Shown: positions 1 through 6,169 of the stretch, in pieces
How the letters are laid out: each line of letters starts with the position of its first letter
How positions within the stretch are numbered: the first letter of the stretch is position 1
Source: Myxococcota bacterium
GTDB taxonomy: Bacteria > Myxococcota_A > UBA796 > CAJQPC01
Reading direction: 5' to 3'
Assembly (NCBI GenBank): GCA_023150845.1
Contig: JAKLKD010000003.1
Coordinates: 6,847-70,846, forward strand
DNA: 64,000 bases
The notes under the pieces: model-generated
Database searches by the model: none
Told to the model about the DNA's origin: nothing
The model's input: only the letters and a program-made list of their open reading frames with translations
Made by a program: the position numbers and the translations under genes

Positions 1-1
1 G

Positions 2-973
2 CCCCGGCTGGCGAAGGCGCTCAAGGACGCCGGGATGAAGGCCGTGGGCGTCTCCGTGGACGGCCCGGAGGAGATCCACGACGTGCTCCGGGACAGCGTC
101 GGGAGCTGGCGCTCGGCGATGCGCGCCTTGGAGGTGTGTAAAGAGGTCGGCCTCGTCACCAGCTCCAACACCCAGGTGAACAACCTCAACGCGCACATGC
201 TCCGCGAGATCGGGGCGATGATCAAGAAGACGGGCGTGCGCGTCTGGCGCGTGCAGCTCACCGTGCCCATGGGTCGGGCGGCGGATCGCCCCGAGTGGAT
301 CCTCGATCCCCCGAAGATCCTCGACGTGATCGACACGCTGGCGGCGATGCAGCTCGAAGAGGTCGCCATGGTGCGGGCCAAGGGCCTGCCGCCGGAGCGC
401 GCCTTCAACATCATGTCGTCGAACAACGTCGGCTACTACGGCCCCCACGAGCAGGTGCTGCGCAGCCGCCCCGGCGGCGACGAGGCCTACTGGCGTGGCT
501 GCCAGGCCGGGGTGTACACCATCGGCATCGAGTCCGACGGCACGGTGAAGGGCTGCCCCAGCCTGCCCACCGCGCCGTACACCGGCGGCAAGGTGCGCGA
601 TCTGGGCCTGGAGCAGATCTGGCGGAACGCTGAGGAGCTCAACTTTGTGCGGGAGCGCACGACGGAGGAGCTCTGGGGCTTCTGTAAGACCTGCTACTAC
701 GCCGACATCTGCCGGGCGGGCTGCTCGTTCACCACGCACTGCACCTTAGGCAAACGCGGCAACAACCCCTTCTGTTACCACCGCGCGGCGACGCTCAAGC
801 GCCAGGGCCGCCGTGAGCGCCTGGTGCTCAAGGAGGCCGCCGCGGGCATCCCCTACGACTTCGGGCGCTTCGAGCTCATCGAGGAGGACTGGGACGCGGC
901 GGGCGCTCAGGAGTCCTCGCCGTCGCAGTTGGAGTCGACGCCGTCGCCGTCCACCTCGGGGGCGCCGGGGTAG
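2..973 (+). CDS. radical SAM / SPASM-domain maturase-like protein (5' end cut off by the window edge)
   Basis: The frame-2 ORF stays open to the window edge, with no stop upstream of the Met at 35. The C-terminal half carries a SPASM-type Cys pattern (GCQAGVYTIGIESDGTVKGC ... CKTCYYADICRAGC ... C) as in PqqE/MftC/anSME-type enzymes. The CxxxCxxC core would lie upstream of the window. The last 67 nt overlap array gene P1 convergently. Confidence 0.8.
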   Translation, partial: PRLAKALKDAGMKAVGVSVDGPEEIHDVLRDSVGSWRSAMRALEVCKEVGLVTSSNTQVNNLNAHMLREIGAMIKKTGVRVWRVQLTVPMGRAADRPEWILDPPKILDVIDTLAAMQLEEVAMVRAKGLPPERAFNIMSSNNVGYYGPHEQVLRSRPGGDEAYWRGCQAGVYTIGIESDGTVKGCPSLPTAPYTGGKVRDLGLEQIWRNAEELNFVRERTTEELWGFCKTCYYADICRAGCSFTTHCTLGKRGNNPFCYHRAATLKRQGRRERLVLKEAAAGIPYDFGRFELIEEDWDAAGAQESSPSQLESTPSPSTSGAPG

Positions 974-1233
974 ACGCTGGCGTTGTCATCGTCGCAGTCG
1001 CCGTCGTCGGCGCTGTAGCCGTCGCCGTCTTCGTCGACGTAGCCGCTCTCGGCGACGCCGTAGTCGGTCTCGGGCGCGATCTTGTCGCAGCCCACGAGGC
1101 TGAGGCCCATGAGCGCGGCGGCGGCGGTGGAGCGCAGGCCACACTCGCGGAGCTTGGCGCCGCAGTGAACGCAGACGCAGGACGAGCCCAAGACGTGCTC
1201 GCCACAAGAGGCGCAGGGGATCAGCGCGGGCAT
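907..1233 (-). CDS. array member P1: zinc-ribbon / lipobox / single MopE-like Asp-Cys motif mini-protein (108 aa)
   Basis: MPALIPCASCGEHVLGSSCVCVHCGAKLRECG (6 Cys), then AAAALMGLSLVGC (lipobox-like), then DEDGDGY..GDCDDDNASVYPGA..DGVDSNCDGEDS-stop. GAGG lies upstream of the ATG. Strong paralogy to 11 neighbours. Confidence 0.8.
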   Translation of the reverse strand: MPALIPCASCGEHVLGSSCVCVHCGAKLRECGLRSTAAAALMGLSLVGCDKIAPETDYGVAESGYVDEDGDGYSADDGDCDDDNASVYPGAPEVDGDGVDSNCDGEDS

Positions 1234-1248
1234 GGTTCGCCTCGGGGG

Positions 1249-1689
1249 CTAGGTGTTGTCGTCGCCGTCGCAGTTGGAGTCCACGCCGTCGCCGGGGGTC
1301 TCCGTCGCGCCGGGGAAGACCGCGCCGTCGGTGTCGTCGCAGTCGCCGCCCTCGGCGCTCACGCCGTCGCCGTCTTGGTCCCCGGTGTCGGCGACGCCGT
1401 AGTCCGGGGTGACGGGGCTCGTGTCCTCCTCCTCGACCTCGCTGTCCGCGGCGGAGTCGGCGGAGTCGGCGGTGTCGGCGGTGTCCGCCGTGTCCGGCAC
1501 GCCGTACTTGGGCTGGGGCGCGATGATGTCACAGCCGGGCATGCTCAGACCCATGAGCGCGGCGGCGGCGGTGGCGGCCAAGGTGTGGCGCAGGCCGCAG
1601 TCGCGGAGCTTGGCGCCGCAGTGGACGCAGGCGCAAGAGGCCTCAAGGACGTGCTGGCCGCAGGACGAGCAGGCGATGAGCTGGGGCAT
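1249..1689 (-). CDS. array member P2 (146 aa), with an inserted acidic DTA/DSA repeat linker
   Basis: MPQLIACSSCGQHVLEASCACVHCGAKLRDCG, AAAALMGLSMPGC, DQDGDGV..GDCDDTDGAVFPGA..DGVDSNCDGDDNT-stop. The stop lies 15 nt from the P1 start. Confidence 0.8.
   Translation of the reverse strand: MPQLIACSSCGQHVLEASCACVHCGAKLRDCGLRHTLAATAAAALMGLSMPGCDIIAPQPKYGVPDTADTADTADSADSAADSEVEEEDTSPVTPDYGVADTGDQDGDGVSAEGGDCDDTDGAVFPGATETPGDGVDSNCDGDDNT
1451..1495 (-). repeat. five imperfect 9-nt tandem units inside P2
   Basis: Plus strand reads gcggagtcg gcggagtcg gcggtgtcg gcggtgtcc gccgtgtcc. On the minus strand this encodes the DTADTADTADSADSA stretch. Confidence 0.8.
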
Positions 1690-1698
1690 GGCGTTGAC

Positions 1699-2052
1699 TC
1701 AGGTGTTGGGGTTGCCGTCGCAGTTGGAGTCGATGCCGTCGTCCGCGGCCTCGGCGGCGCCGGGGTACACGCTCGAGTTGTTGTCGTCACAGTCGCCGTC
1801 GGCCACGGTGTAGCCGTCGCCGTCGAGATCCTCAGAGTACCCCGAGTCCGCGAAGCCGTAGTCGGTCTGGATCGGCGCGTCGGTGTCGCTGCCCTCCTTG
1901 TCGCCGCAGGCCGCCAAGGCGAGGCCCATGAGCGCGGCGGCGGCGGTGGAGCGCAGGCCGCAGTCCTTGAGCTTGGCGCCGCAGTGGGCGCAGGCGCAGG
2001 CCGAGGAGAGGACGTGCTGGCCGCAAGCGGCGCAGGCGATGAGCGGGGGCAT
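1699..2052 (-). CDS. array member P3 (117 aa)
   Basis: MPPLIACAACGQHVLSSACACAHCGAKLKDCG, AAAALMGLALAAC, DLDGDGY..GDCDDNNSSVYPGA..DGIDSNCDGNPNT-stop. The stop lies 9 nt from the P2 start. Confidence 0.8.
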   Translation of the reverse strand: MPPLIACAACGQHVLSSACACAHCGAKLKDCGLRSTAAAALMGLALAACGDKEGSDTDAPIQTDYGFADSGYSEDLDGDGYTVADGDCDDNNSSVYPGAAEAADDGIDSNCDGNPNT

Positions 2053-2069
2053 GAGGCGCTCCGAGGAGG

Positions 2070-2393
2070 TCAGGTGTTGTCGTCGCCGTCGCAGTTGGAG
2101 TCGATGCCGTCGTCTACGGTGTCGATGGCGCCGGGGTTGATGGTAGCGTCGTTGTCGTCGCAGTCGTCGGTCTGGGCGTAGTAGCCGTCGCCGTCCTCGT
2201 CATCGTAGCTCACGACGACGCCATACTCAGGCTCAACCTGCAGCACGCAGCCGCCCAGGCTGAGGCCCATGAGCGCGGCCGCGGCGGTGGCGCGCAGCGT
2301 GCAGTCCTTGAGCTTGGCGCCGCAGTGGGCGCAGGCGCAGGCTGAGGCGAGGACGTGCTGGCCGCAGGCGCCGCAGGCGATGAGCGGGGGCAT
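2070..2393 (-). CDS. array member P4 (107 aa from the internal Met)
   Basis: The tracked ORF is 2070..2432. I start it at MPPLIACGACGQHV (cat at 2391-2393) because that aligns with the P1-P3 N-termini. Ends in DEDGDGYYAQTDDCDDNDATINPGAIDTVDDGIDSNCDGDDNT-stop. Confidence 0.75.
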   Translation of the reverse strand: MPPLIACGACGQHVLASACACAHCGAKLKDCTLRATAAAALMGLSLGGCVLQVEPEYGVVVSYDDEDGDGYYAQTDDCDDNDATINPGAIDTVDDGIDSNCDGDDNT

Positions 2394-2409
2394 GACGCGC
2401 TCCGGGGGC

Positions 2410-2718
2410 TCAGGTGTTGTCGTCGCCGTCACAGTTGGAGTCGATGCCGTCGTCTACGGTGTCGATGGCGCCGGGGTTGACGCTGGCGTCGGAGTCGTCG
2501 CAGTCGTCGGCCTGCGCGGCGTAGCCGTCGCCGTCCTCGTCGGTGTAGGCGATGCCGTAGAGGTCTTGGGCGCAGGCGCTCGCGGAGAGCGCGAGGCCCA
2601 TAAACAAGGCCGTCGGGCCGAGCCCACCCCGGCGCACGGCGCCGCCGCAGAAGGCGCAGCGGGCGTTCGGGTCGACGTTGAGCTGCCCGCAGGCGGCGCA
2701 GGAGTAAAGCGTAGGCAT
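2410..2718 (-). CDS. array member P5 (102 aa), 4-Cys ribbon subtype
   Basis: This is the C-terminal part of the 232-aa tracked ORF 2410..3108. The start is set at MPTLYSCAACGQLNVDPNARCAFCGG (cat at 2716-2718). The upstream 130 aa are Ala/Pro/Thr/Arg-rich out-of-family sequence overlapping P6. Ends in DEDGDGYAAQADDCDDSDASVNPGAIDTVDDGIDSNCDGDDNT-stop. Confidence 0.75.
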   Translation of the reverse strand: MPTLYSCAACGQLNVDPNARCAFCGGAVRRGGLGPTALFMGLALSASACAQDLYGIAYTDEDGDGYAAQADDCDDSDASVNPGAIDTVDDGIDSNCDGDDNT

Positions 2719-2734
2719 CGGCGCTCCAGAGCGA

Positions 2735-3070
2735 TCAGGTGTCGTCGCCGCCGTCGCAGTTGGAGTCGATGGTGTCGCCCGCCGTCTCGGTGGCGCCGGG
2801 GAAAACCGTGGCGTCGTCGTCGTTGCAGTCGCCGTCGCGCACGGCGACGCCGTCACCGTCGTTGTCGACGTAGCCCGTGTCCGGCACGCCGTAGAGCGCG
2901 ACGGGGCCGGAGTCGCTGCCGTCTTTGTCGCCGCAGGCCACGAGCGCGAGGCCCATGAGCGCGGCGGCGGCGGTGAAGCGTGTGGCGTTCGGCGCGGCGC
3001 CGCAGCTCGGGCAGGTGTCGGCGTCGGAGAGCACGTGGGCGCCGCAGCGGGCGCAAGAGAGCAGGGGCAT
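2735..3070 (-). CDS. array member P6 (111 aa), 4-Cys ribbon subtype
   Basis: MPLLSCARCGAHVLSDADTCPSCGAAP, AAAALMGLALVAC, DNDGDGV..GDCNDDDATVFPGATETAGDTIDSNCDGGDDT-stop. Confidence 0.8.
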   Translation of the reverse strand: MPLLSCARCGAHVLSDADTCPSCGAAPNATRFTAAAALMGLALVACGDKDGSDSGPVALYGVPDTGYVDNDGDGVAVRDGDCNDDDATVFPGATETAGDTIDSNCDGGDDT

Positions 3071-3171
3071 GGAGACCTCAGGGCTGGGACTAGGGCGACA
3101 AGGCGCACTATACCGCGATCTGAGGCCGTGCCGCGCCTGAGATCGTGATCCGCCGCAGGCCCAGGCCGGGC

Positions 3172-3507
3172 TCAGGTGTTGTCGTCGCCGTCACAGTTGG
3201 AGTCGAGGCCGTCGTCGGTGGTCTCTAAGGCCCCGGGGTTGACCGCGGCGTTGTTGTCGTCGCAGTCGCCGTCACGCACGGCGTAGCCGTCGCCGTCATC
3301 ATCGACGTAGCCCGTGTCGACCACGCCGTAGAGGTCCGAGACGACGGAGTCGCCGCCGTCTTTGTCGCCGCAGGCCACGAGCGCGAGGCCCATGAGCGCC
3401 GCGGCCGCGGTGAGGCGCGTGGGGCTCGGCGCGGCGCCGCAGCTCGGGCAGTGGGCGTCACCGTCGAAGACGTGGGCGCCGCAGCGGGCGCAGGGGCGGA
3501 GGGACAT
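3172..3507 (-). CDS. array member P7 (111 aa from the internal Met), 4-Cys ribbon subtype
   Basis: The tracked ORF is 3172..3615. The start is set at MSLRPCARCGAHVFDGDAHCPSCGAAP (cat at 3505-3507), by alignment with P6 and P8. Ends in DDDGDGY..GDCDDNNAAVNPGALETTDDGLDSNCDGDDNT-stop. Confidence 0.75.
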   Translation of the reverse strand: MSLRPCARCGAHVFDGDAHCPSCGAAPSPTRLTAAAALMGLALVACGDKDGGDSVVSDLYGVVDTGYVDDDGDGYAVRDGDCDDNNAAVNPGALETTDDGLDSNCDGDDNT

Positions 3508-3616
3508 GGCGGGGGACCTCTTGGAGTGGGGGGCGCTCCTTTTTACCATGAGCCGCGGCCAGGTCGTGGCGGGGGCTATCCCCGTGGAAGAATAGTCCCG
3601 ATGTCGGGCGCTCATC

Positions 3617-4012
3617 GTGCTTGTCGTCGGGCGGATGGGCTCTTACCCCGACCTGTGCTCGTCCGCCGGAGTCCATCTGTATCGGGTGGTCCTCTCCGAA
3701 CAGAGCGCGCTCGCTGGACCACATGTCGCCGGTCTCGCGACACGGTTCGGTCCCTCGCTCCCACGCGGCGTGCTCATCGAGGTGAAGCTCAGCGACGACC
3801 CGGGCCACATCAAGCAGGGCTTCGCCGAGGCCATCGTCTACCGCGACGAGCACCGCGCGCTGTTCACCGACGAGCGGGACTGGCCGAAGACGATCCTGGT
3901 CACCTCACGCCCGCTCCTGAGCGAGCCGCGGCGTGGGGATGACGTCATCGCCGTGGACTGGGCGCGCTGGACGCCGGAGGCCGTGCTCGAGGGCATCGTC
4001 TCCGGCTTGTGA
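3617..4012 (+). CDS. hypothetical protein (about 125-131 aa) on the opposite strand, splitting the array
   Basis: Balanced amino-acid composition and clear GC3 bias in its own frame, unlike the Arg/Pro-rich shadow ORFs nearby. No family recognised. The start is uncertain (GTG at 3617 or ATG at 3635). Confidence 0.55.
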   Translation: MLVVGRMGSYPDLCSSAGVHLYRVVLSEQSALAGPHVAGLATRFGPSLPRGVLIEVKLSDDPGHIKQGFAEAIVYRDEHRALFTDERDWPKTILVTSRPLLSEPRRGDDVIAVDWARWTPEAVLEGIVSGL

Positions 4013-4018
4013 GGGGGC

Positions 4019-4357
4019 TCAGGTGTTGTCTTCGCCGTCGCAGTTGGAGTCGATCCCGTCGTCGGGCGTCTCCGTGGCGCCGGGGTTCACGTTCGGATCG
4101 CCGTCATCGCAGTCGTCGCTCTCGGCGTTGTAGCCGTCGCCGTCCTCGTCGATGAACGCCGAGGAGTCGGGCACCCCGTAGGCGGGCTGGATGTCTTTGT
4201 CGCCGCAGGCCACGAGGCCGAGGCCCATCGCCAGGGCCGCCGCCGTCGCGTGCAGCGCGCCGCCGCCGCAGTCGCGGAGCTTGGCGCCGCAGCTCGGGCA
4301 GGCGCAGGAGGTGTCGAGCACATGAACGCCGCAGCGGGCGCAGGGGTGAAGGGACAT
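4019..4357 (-). CDS. array member P8 (112 aa)
   Basis: MSLHPCARCGVHVLDTSCACPSCGAKLRDCG, AAALAMGLGLVAC, DEDGDGYNAESDDCDDGDPNVNPGATETPDDGIDSNCDGEDNT-stop. Confidence 0.8.
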   Translation of the reverse strand: MSLHPCARCGVHVLDTSCACPSCGAKLRDCGGGALHATAAALAMGLGLVACGDKDIQPAYGVPDSSAFIDEDGDGYNAESDDCDDGDPNVNPGATETPDDGIDSNCDGEDNT

Positions 4358-4371
4358 CGGAGGCTCCGGGG

Positions 4372-4788
4372 TCAGCGGTTGTTCTTGCCGTCGCAGTCGG
4401 AGTCTACCCCATCAAACCACCGCTCACGCGCGCCGGGGAAGACGTCGGGCGCGCTGTCGTCGCAGTCGCCTTGGGAGACGAGCACCCCGTCGCCGTCGCC
4501 GTCGAGCTCGGGCGGAGGCTCGACGACGAGCTCCTCGGGCGGAGTGACCTCAGGTGGCGGCATGAGCACGTCCCCGGGCCCGACGCGGTCCATCGGCGGC
4601 ACCCCGTAGGCGGCCTGGAGCTGGTTTGAGCGGTCGGGCTCGTCCGCGCCGACCAAGGTGAGCCCCATGAGCACCGCCGCAGCGCCTCGGGTGAGTTTGC
4701 CCGTCGTGGAGAGGGCGCCACAGCTTGGGCAGGCGCCGGGGCTGGGGGTCAAGAGCGCGCCGCAGCGACCGCAGGGGTGGAGGTGCAT
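4372..4788 (-). CDS. array member P9 (138 aa), variant without the lipobox Cys, Pro-rich linker
   Basis: MHLHPCGRCGALLTPSPGACPSCGA, AAAVLMGLTLVGAD (no Cys), a Pro/Glu linker, then LDGDGDGV..GDCDDSAPDVFPGARERWFDGVDSDCDGKNNR-stop. Confidence 0.8.
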   Translation of the reverse strand: MHLHPCGRCGALLTPSPGACPSCGALSTTGKLTRGAAAVLMGLTLVGADEPDRSNQLQAAYGVPPMDRVGPGDVLMPPPEVTPPEELVVEPPPELDGDGDGVLVSQGDCDDSAPDVFPGARERWFDGVDSDCDGKNNR

Positions 4789-4803
4789 CGTCGGGGCCTC
4801 GGG

Positions 4804-5247
4804 TCAGCGGTTGTTCTTGCCGTCGCAGTCGGAGTCAACACCGTCAAACCAGCGCTCCTTGGCGCCGGGGAGGACGTTGGGGTCGGCGTCGTCACAGTCT
4901 CCGGCCTGGGCGGGAACACCGTCAGCGTCGGCGTCTTGAGCGACGACCACGGGCGGCGGGAGAGGCGTGGCGACGACGCCGTACAGCGGCTCGTCGATCG
5001 GCGGCGGGGGCGGCGGCGGCGGCTCGGGTGGCGGCGGCTCGGGCTCGGGCGGCTCAGGATCGAACACCACACCATACTCTGGCTCAGGGGCCTGACCGGG
5101 ATCATCGGCGCCGAGCAGCGCGAGGCCCATGACAACGGCGGCGGCGGTGCGGGTGAAGGCGCCGCTGAGCTGCCGCCCGCAGTGGGGGCAGACCAAGGCG
5201 GCGCGCTGGACGTGCTGACCGCAGGCAGGGCAGGGGTGGAGCAGCAT
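4804..5247 (-). CDS. array member P10 (147 aa from the internal Met), variant without the lipobox Cys, Pro-rich linker
   Basis: The tracked ORF is 4804..5394. The start is set at MLLHPCPACGQHVQRAALVCPHCG (cat at 5245-5247). Tail is DADADGV..GDCDDADPNVLPGAKERWFDGVDSDCDGKNNR-stop. Confidence 0.75.
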   Translation of the reverse strand: MLLHPCPACGQHVQRAALVCPHCGRQLSGAFTRTAAAVVMGLALLGADDPGQAPEPEYGVVFDPEPPEPEPPPPEPPPPPPPPIDEPLYGVVATPLPPPVVVAQDADADGVPAQAGDCDDADPNVLPGAKERWFDGVDSDCDGKNNR

Positions 5248-5263
5248 CGGCGGGGCCTCGGGC

Positions 5264-5764
5264 TTAGCGGTCTTGTTTGCTGTCGTCGGCGGGCTCGGCG
5301 TCGTCTGGGGCGGAGGCCTCTGGGGTGGGGCCGTCGGTGACGGCCGGCCCCGGCGCCGGGACGGGCGTGACGACGATGCCGTACAGCGGCTCAACGCGGA
5401 TCGGCTCGGGCTCGGGCGGCGGCTCGGGCGGCGGCGTGGGCTCAGGCGGTGGCTCGGGCTCCGGCGGTGGCTCGGGCGGCGGCGGTGGCTCGGGCGGCGG
5501 CGGCTCAGGAGGGGGCTTGGGCCGCTTGGGCCGCTTCTTCTCGGGCACAGGCGGTGGAGGCTCCGGCGCGGGCTGCTCCACCTTGCCGTAGAGGGGCTCG
5601 GGCCGGGGTTCCTCGCCGTGGTCCGCGCCCATCAAGGTGAGGCCCATGACCACGGCCGCCGCGGTGCGGGTGAGCTTGCCGCCGGGGCTCGCCCCGCAGT
5701 GGGGGCAGGCGAGGGCGGTGAGCTGGACGTGCTGCCCGCAGGCGCCGCAGGCGCGGAGGGTCAT
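5264..5764 (-). CDS. array member P11 (166 aa), degenerate: ribbon and hydrophobic segment kept, C-terminal Asp-Cys motif lost
   Basis: MTLRACGACGQHVQLTALACPHCGA, AAAVVMGLTLMGAD, then a very long PEPPPP linker. It ends in ..AEPADDSKQDR with no DCDD/CDG motif. Confidence 0.7.
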   Translation of the reverse strand: MTLRACGACGQHVQLTALACPHCGASPGGKLTRTAAAVVMGLTLMGADHGEEPRPEPLYGKVEQPAPEPPPPVPEKKRPKRPKPPPEPPPPEPPPPPEPPPEPEPPPEPTPPPEPPPEPEPIRVEPLYGIVVTPVPAPGPAVTDGPTPEASAPDDAEPADDSKQDR

Positions 5765-5778
5765 GGGCGCTCCAAGGA

Positions 5779-6123
5779 TCAGGTGTCGTCGCCGCCGTCG
5801 CAGTTGGAGTCGATGCTGTCCCCGGCGGTCTCGGTGGCGCCCGGGAAGACGTTCGCGTCGTCGTCGTTGCAGTCGCCATCCCCGACGGTCACGCCGTCAC
5901 CATCGGCGTCCGCGAGGTACGAGGTGTCGGCCACGCCGTACTCGGGGGCGAAGCCGCTGTCCGAGGGCTCCTTGTCGCCGCAGCCGACCAGCGCGAGGCC
6001 CATGAGCGCGGCGGTCGCGGTGTGGCGCAGCCCGCAGTCGCGGAGCTTGGTGCCGCAGTGGGGGCAAGAGCAGCTGCTCTCAAACACGTGGGTGCCGCAG
6101 TGGGCGCAGCTCGTCATCGGCAT
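5779..6123 (-). CDS. array member P12 (114 aa from the internal Met); promoter-proximal gene of the upstream sub-array
   Basis: The tracked ORF is 5779..6150. The start is set at MPMTSCAHCGTHVFESSCSCPHCGTKLRDCG (cat at 6121-6123), preceded by GAGGAG. Ends in DADGDGV..GDCNDDDANVFPGATETAGDSIDSNCDGGDDT-stop. Confidence 0.75.
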   Translation of the reverse strand: MPMTSCAHCGTHVFESSCSCPHCGTKLRDCGLRHTATAALMGLALVGCGDKEPSDSGFAPEYGVADTSYLADADGDGVTVGDGDCNDDDANVFPGATETAGDSIDSNCDGGDDT

Positions 6124-6163
6124 GGTCGTCTCCTCAGGCTGGATGGTCACGGTGGACGATGGG

Positions 6164-6169
6164 ATTGTA
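6164..6169 (-). promoter_or_regulatory. candidate -10 box (TACAAT on the minus strand) for the P12-P8 sub-array
   Basis: Minus strand reads ttttGGGACTACAATccc about 41 nt upstream of the P12 ATG. The -35 is poor (ccgacc). A related GGGACTATTCT lies upstream of P7 (plus 3589-3599). Confidence 0.35.

Larger units (their letters stand above)
907..6123 (-). repeat. tandem array of 12 paralogous mini-genes (gene-family expansion)
   Basis: The 3' coding core (tcaggtgttgtcgtcgccgtcgcagttggagtcgatgccgtcgtc and variants) recurs every 330-500 bp. Intercistronic gaps are 9-17 nt, except for the 101-nt gap at 3071-3171 and the opposite-strand gene at 3617-4012. Confidence 0.9.

Noticed and set aside
3117-3144. 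Imperfect inverted repeat gatctgagg...cctgagatc in the P7-P6 gap, as a possible terminator.
   Set aside because: The stem has a central mismatch and no T tract follows on the minus strand, so it is not convincing as an intrinsic terminator.
907-6123. A regularly recurring ~45-nt conserved DNA core looked superficially like a CRISPR or other non-coding repeat array.
   Set aside because: The repeats are the 3' coding ends of paralogous genes. Spacing is irregular (330-500 bp), the repeat units are imperfect, and no cas genes or leader are present.
2394-6150. N-terminal extensions of tracked ORFs for P4 (to 2432), P5 (to 3108), P7 (to 3615), P10 (to 5394) and P12 (to 6150).
   Set aside because: The extensions are not conserved among paralogs, overlap neighbouring genes or intergenic promoters, and have junk-like composition. 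Internal Met codons preceded by GAGG/GGAG align with the P1-P3 N-termini.
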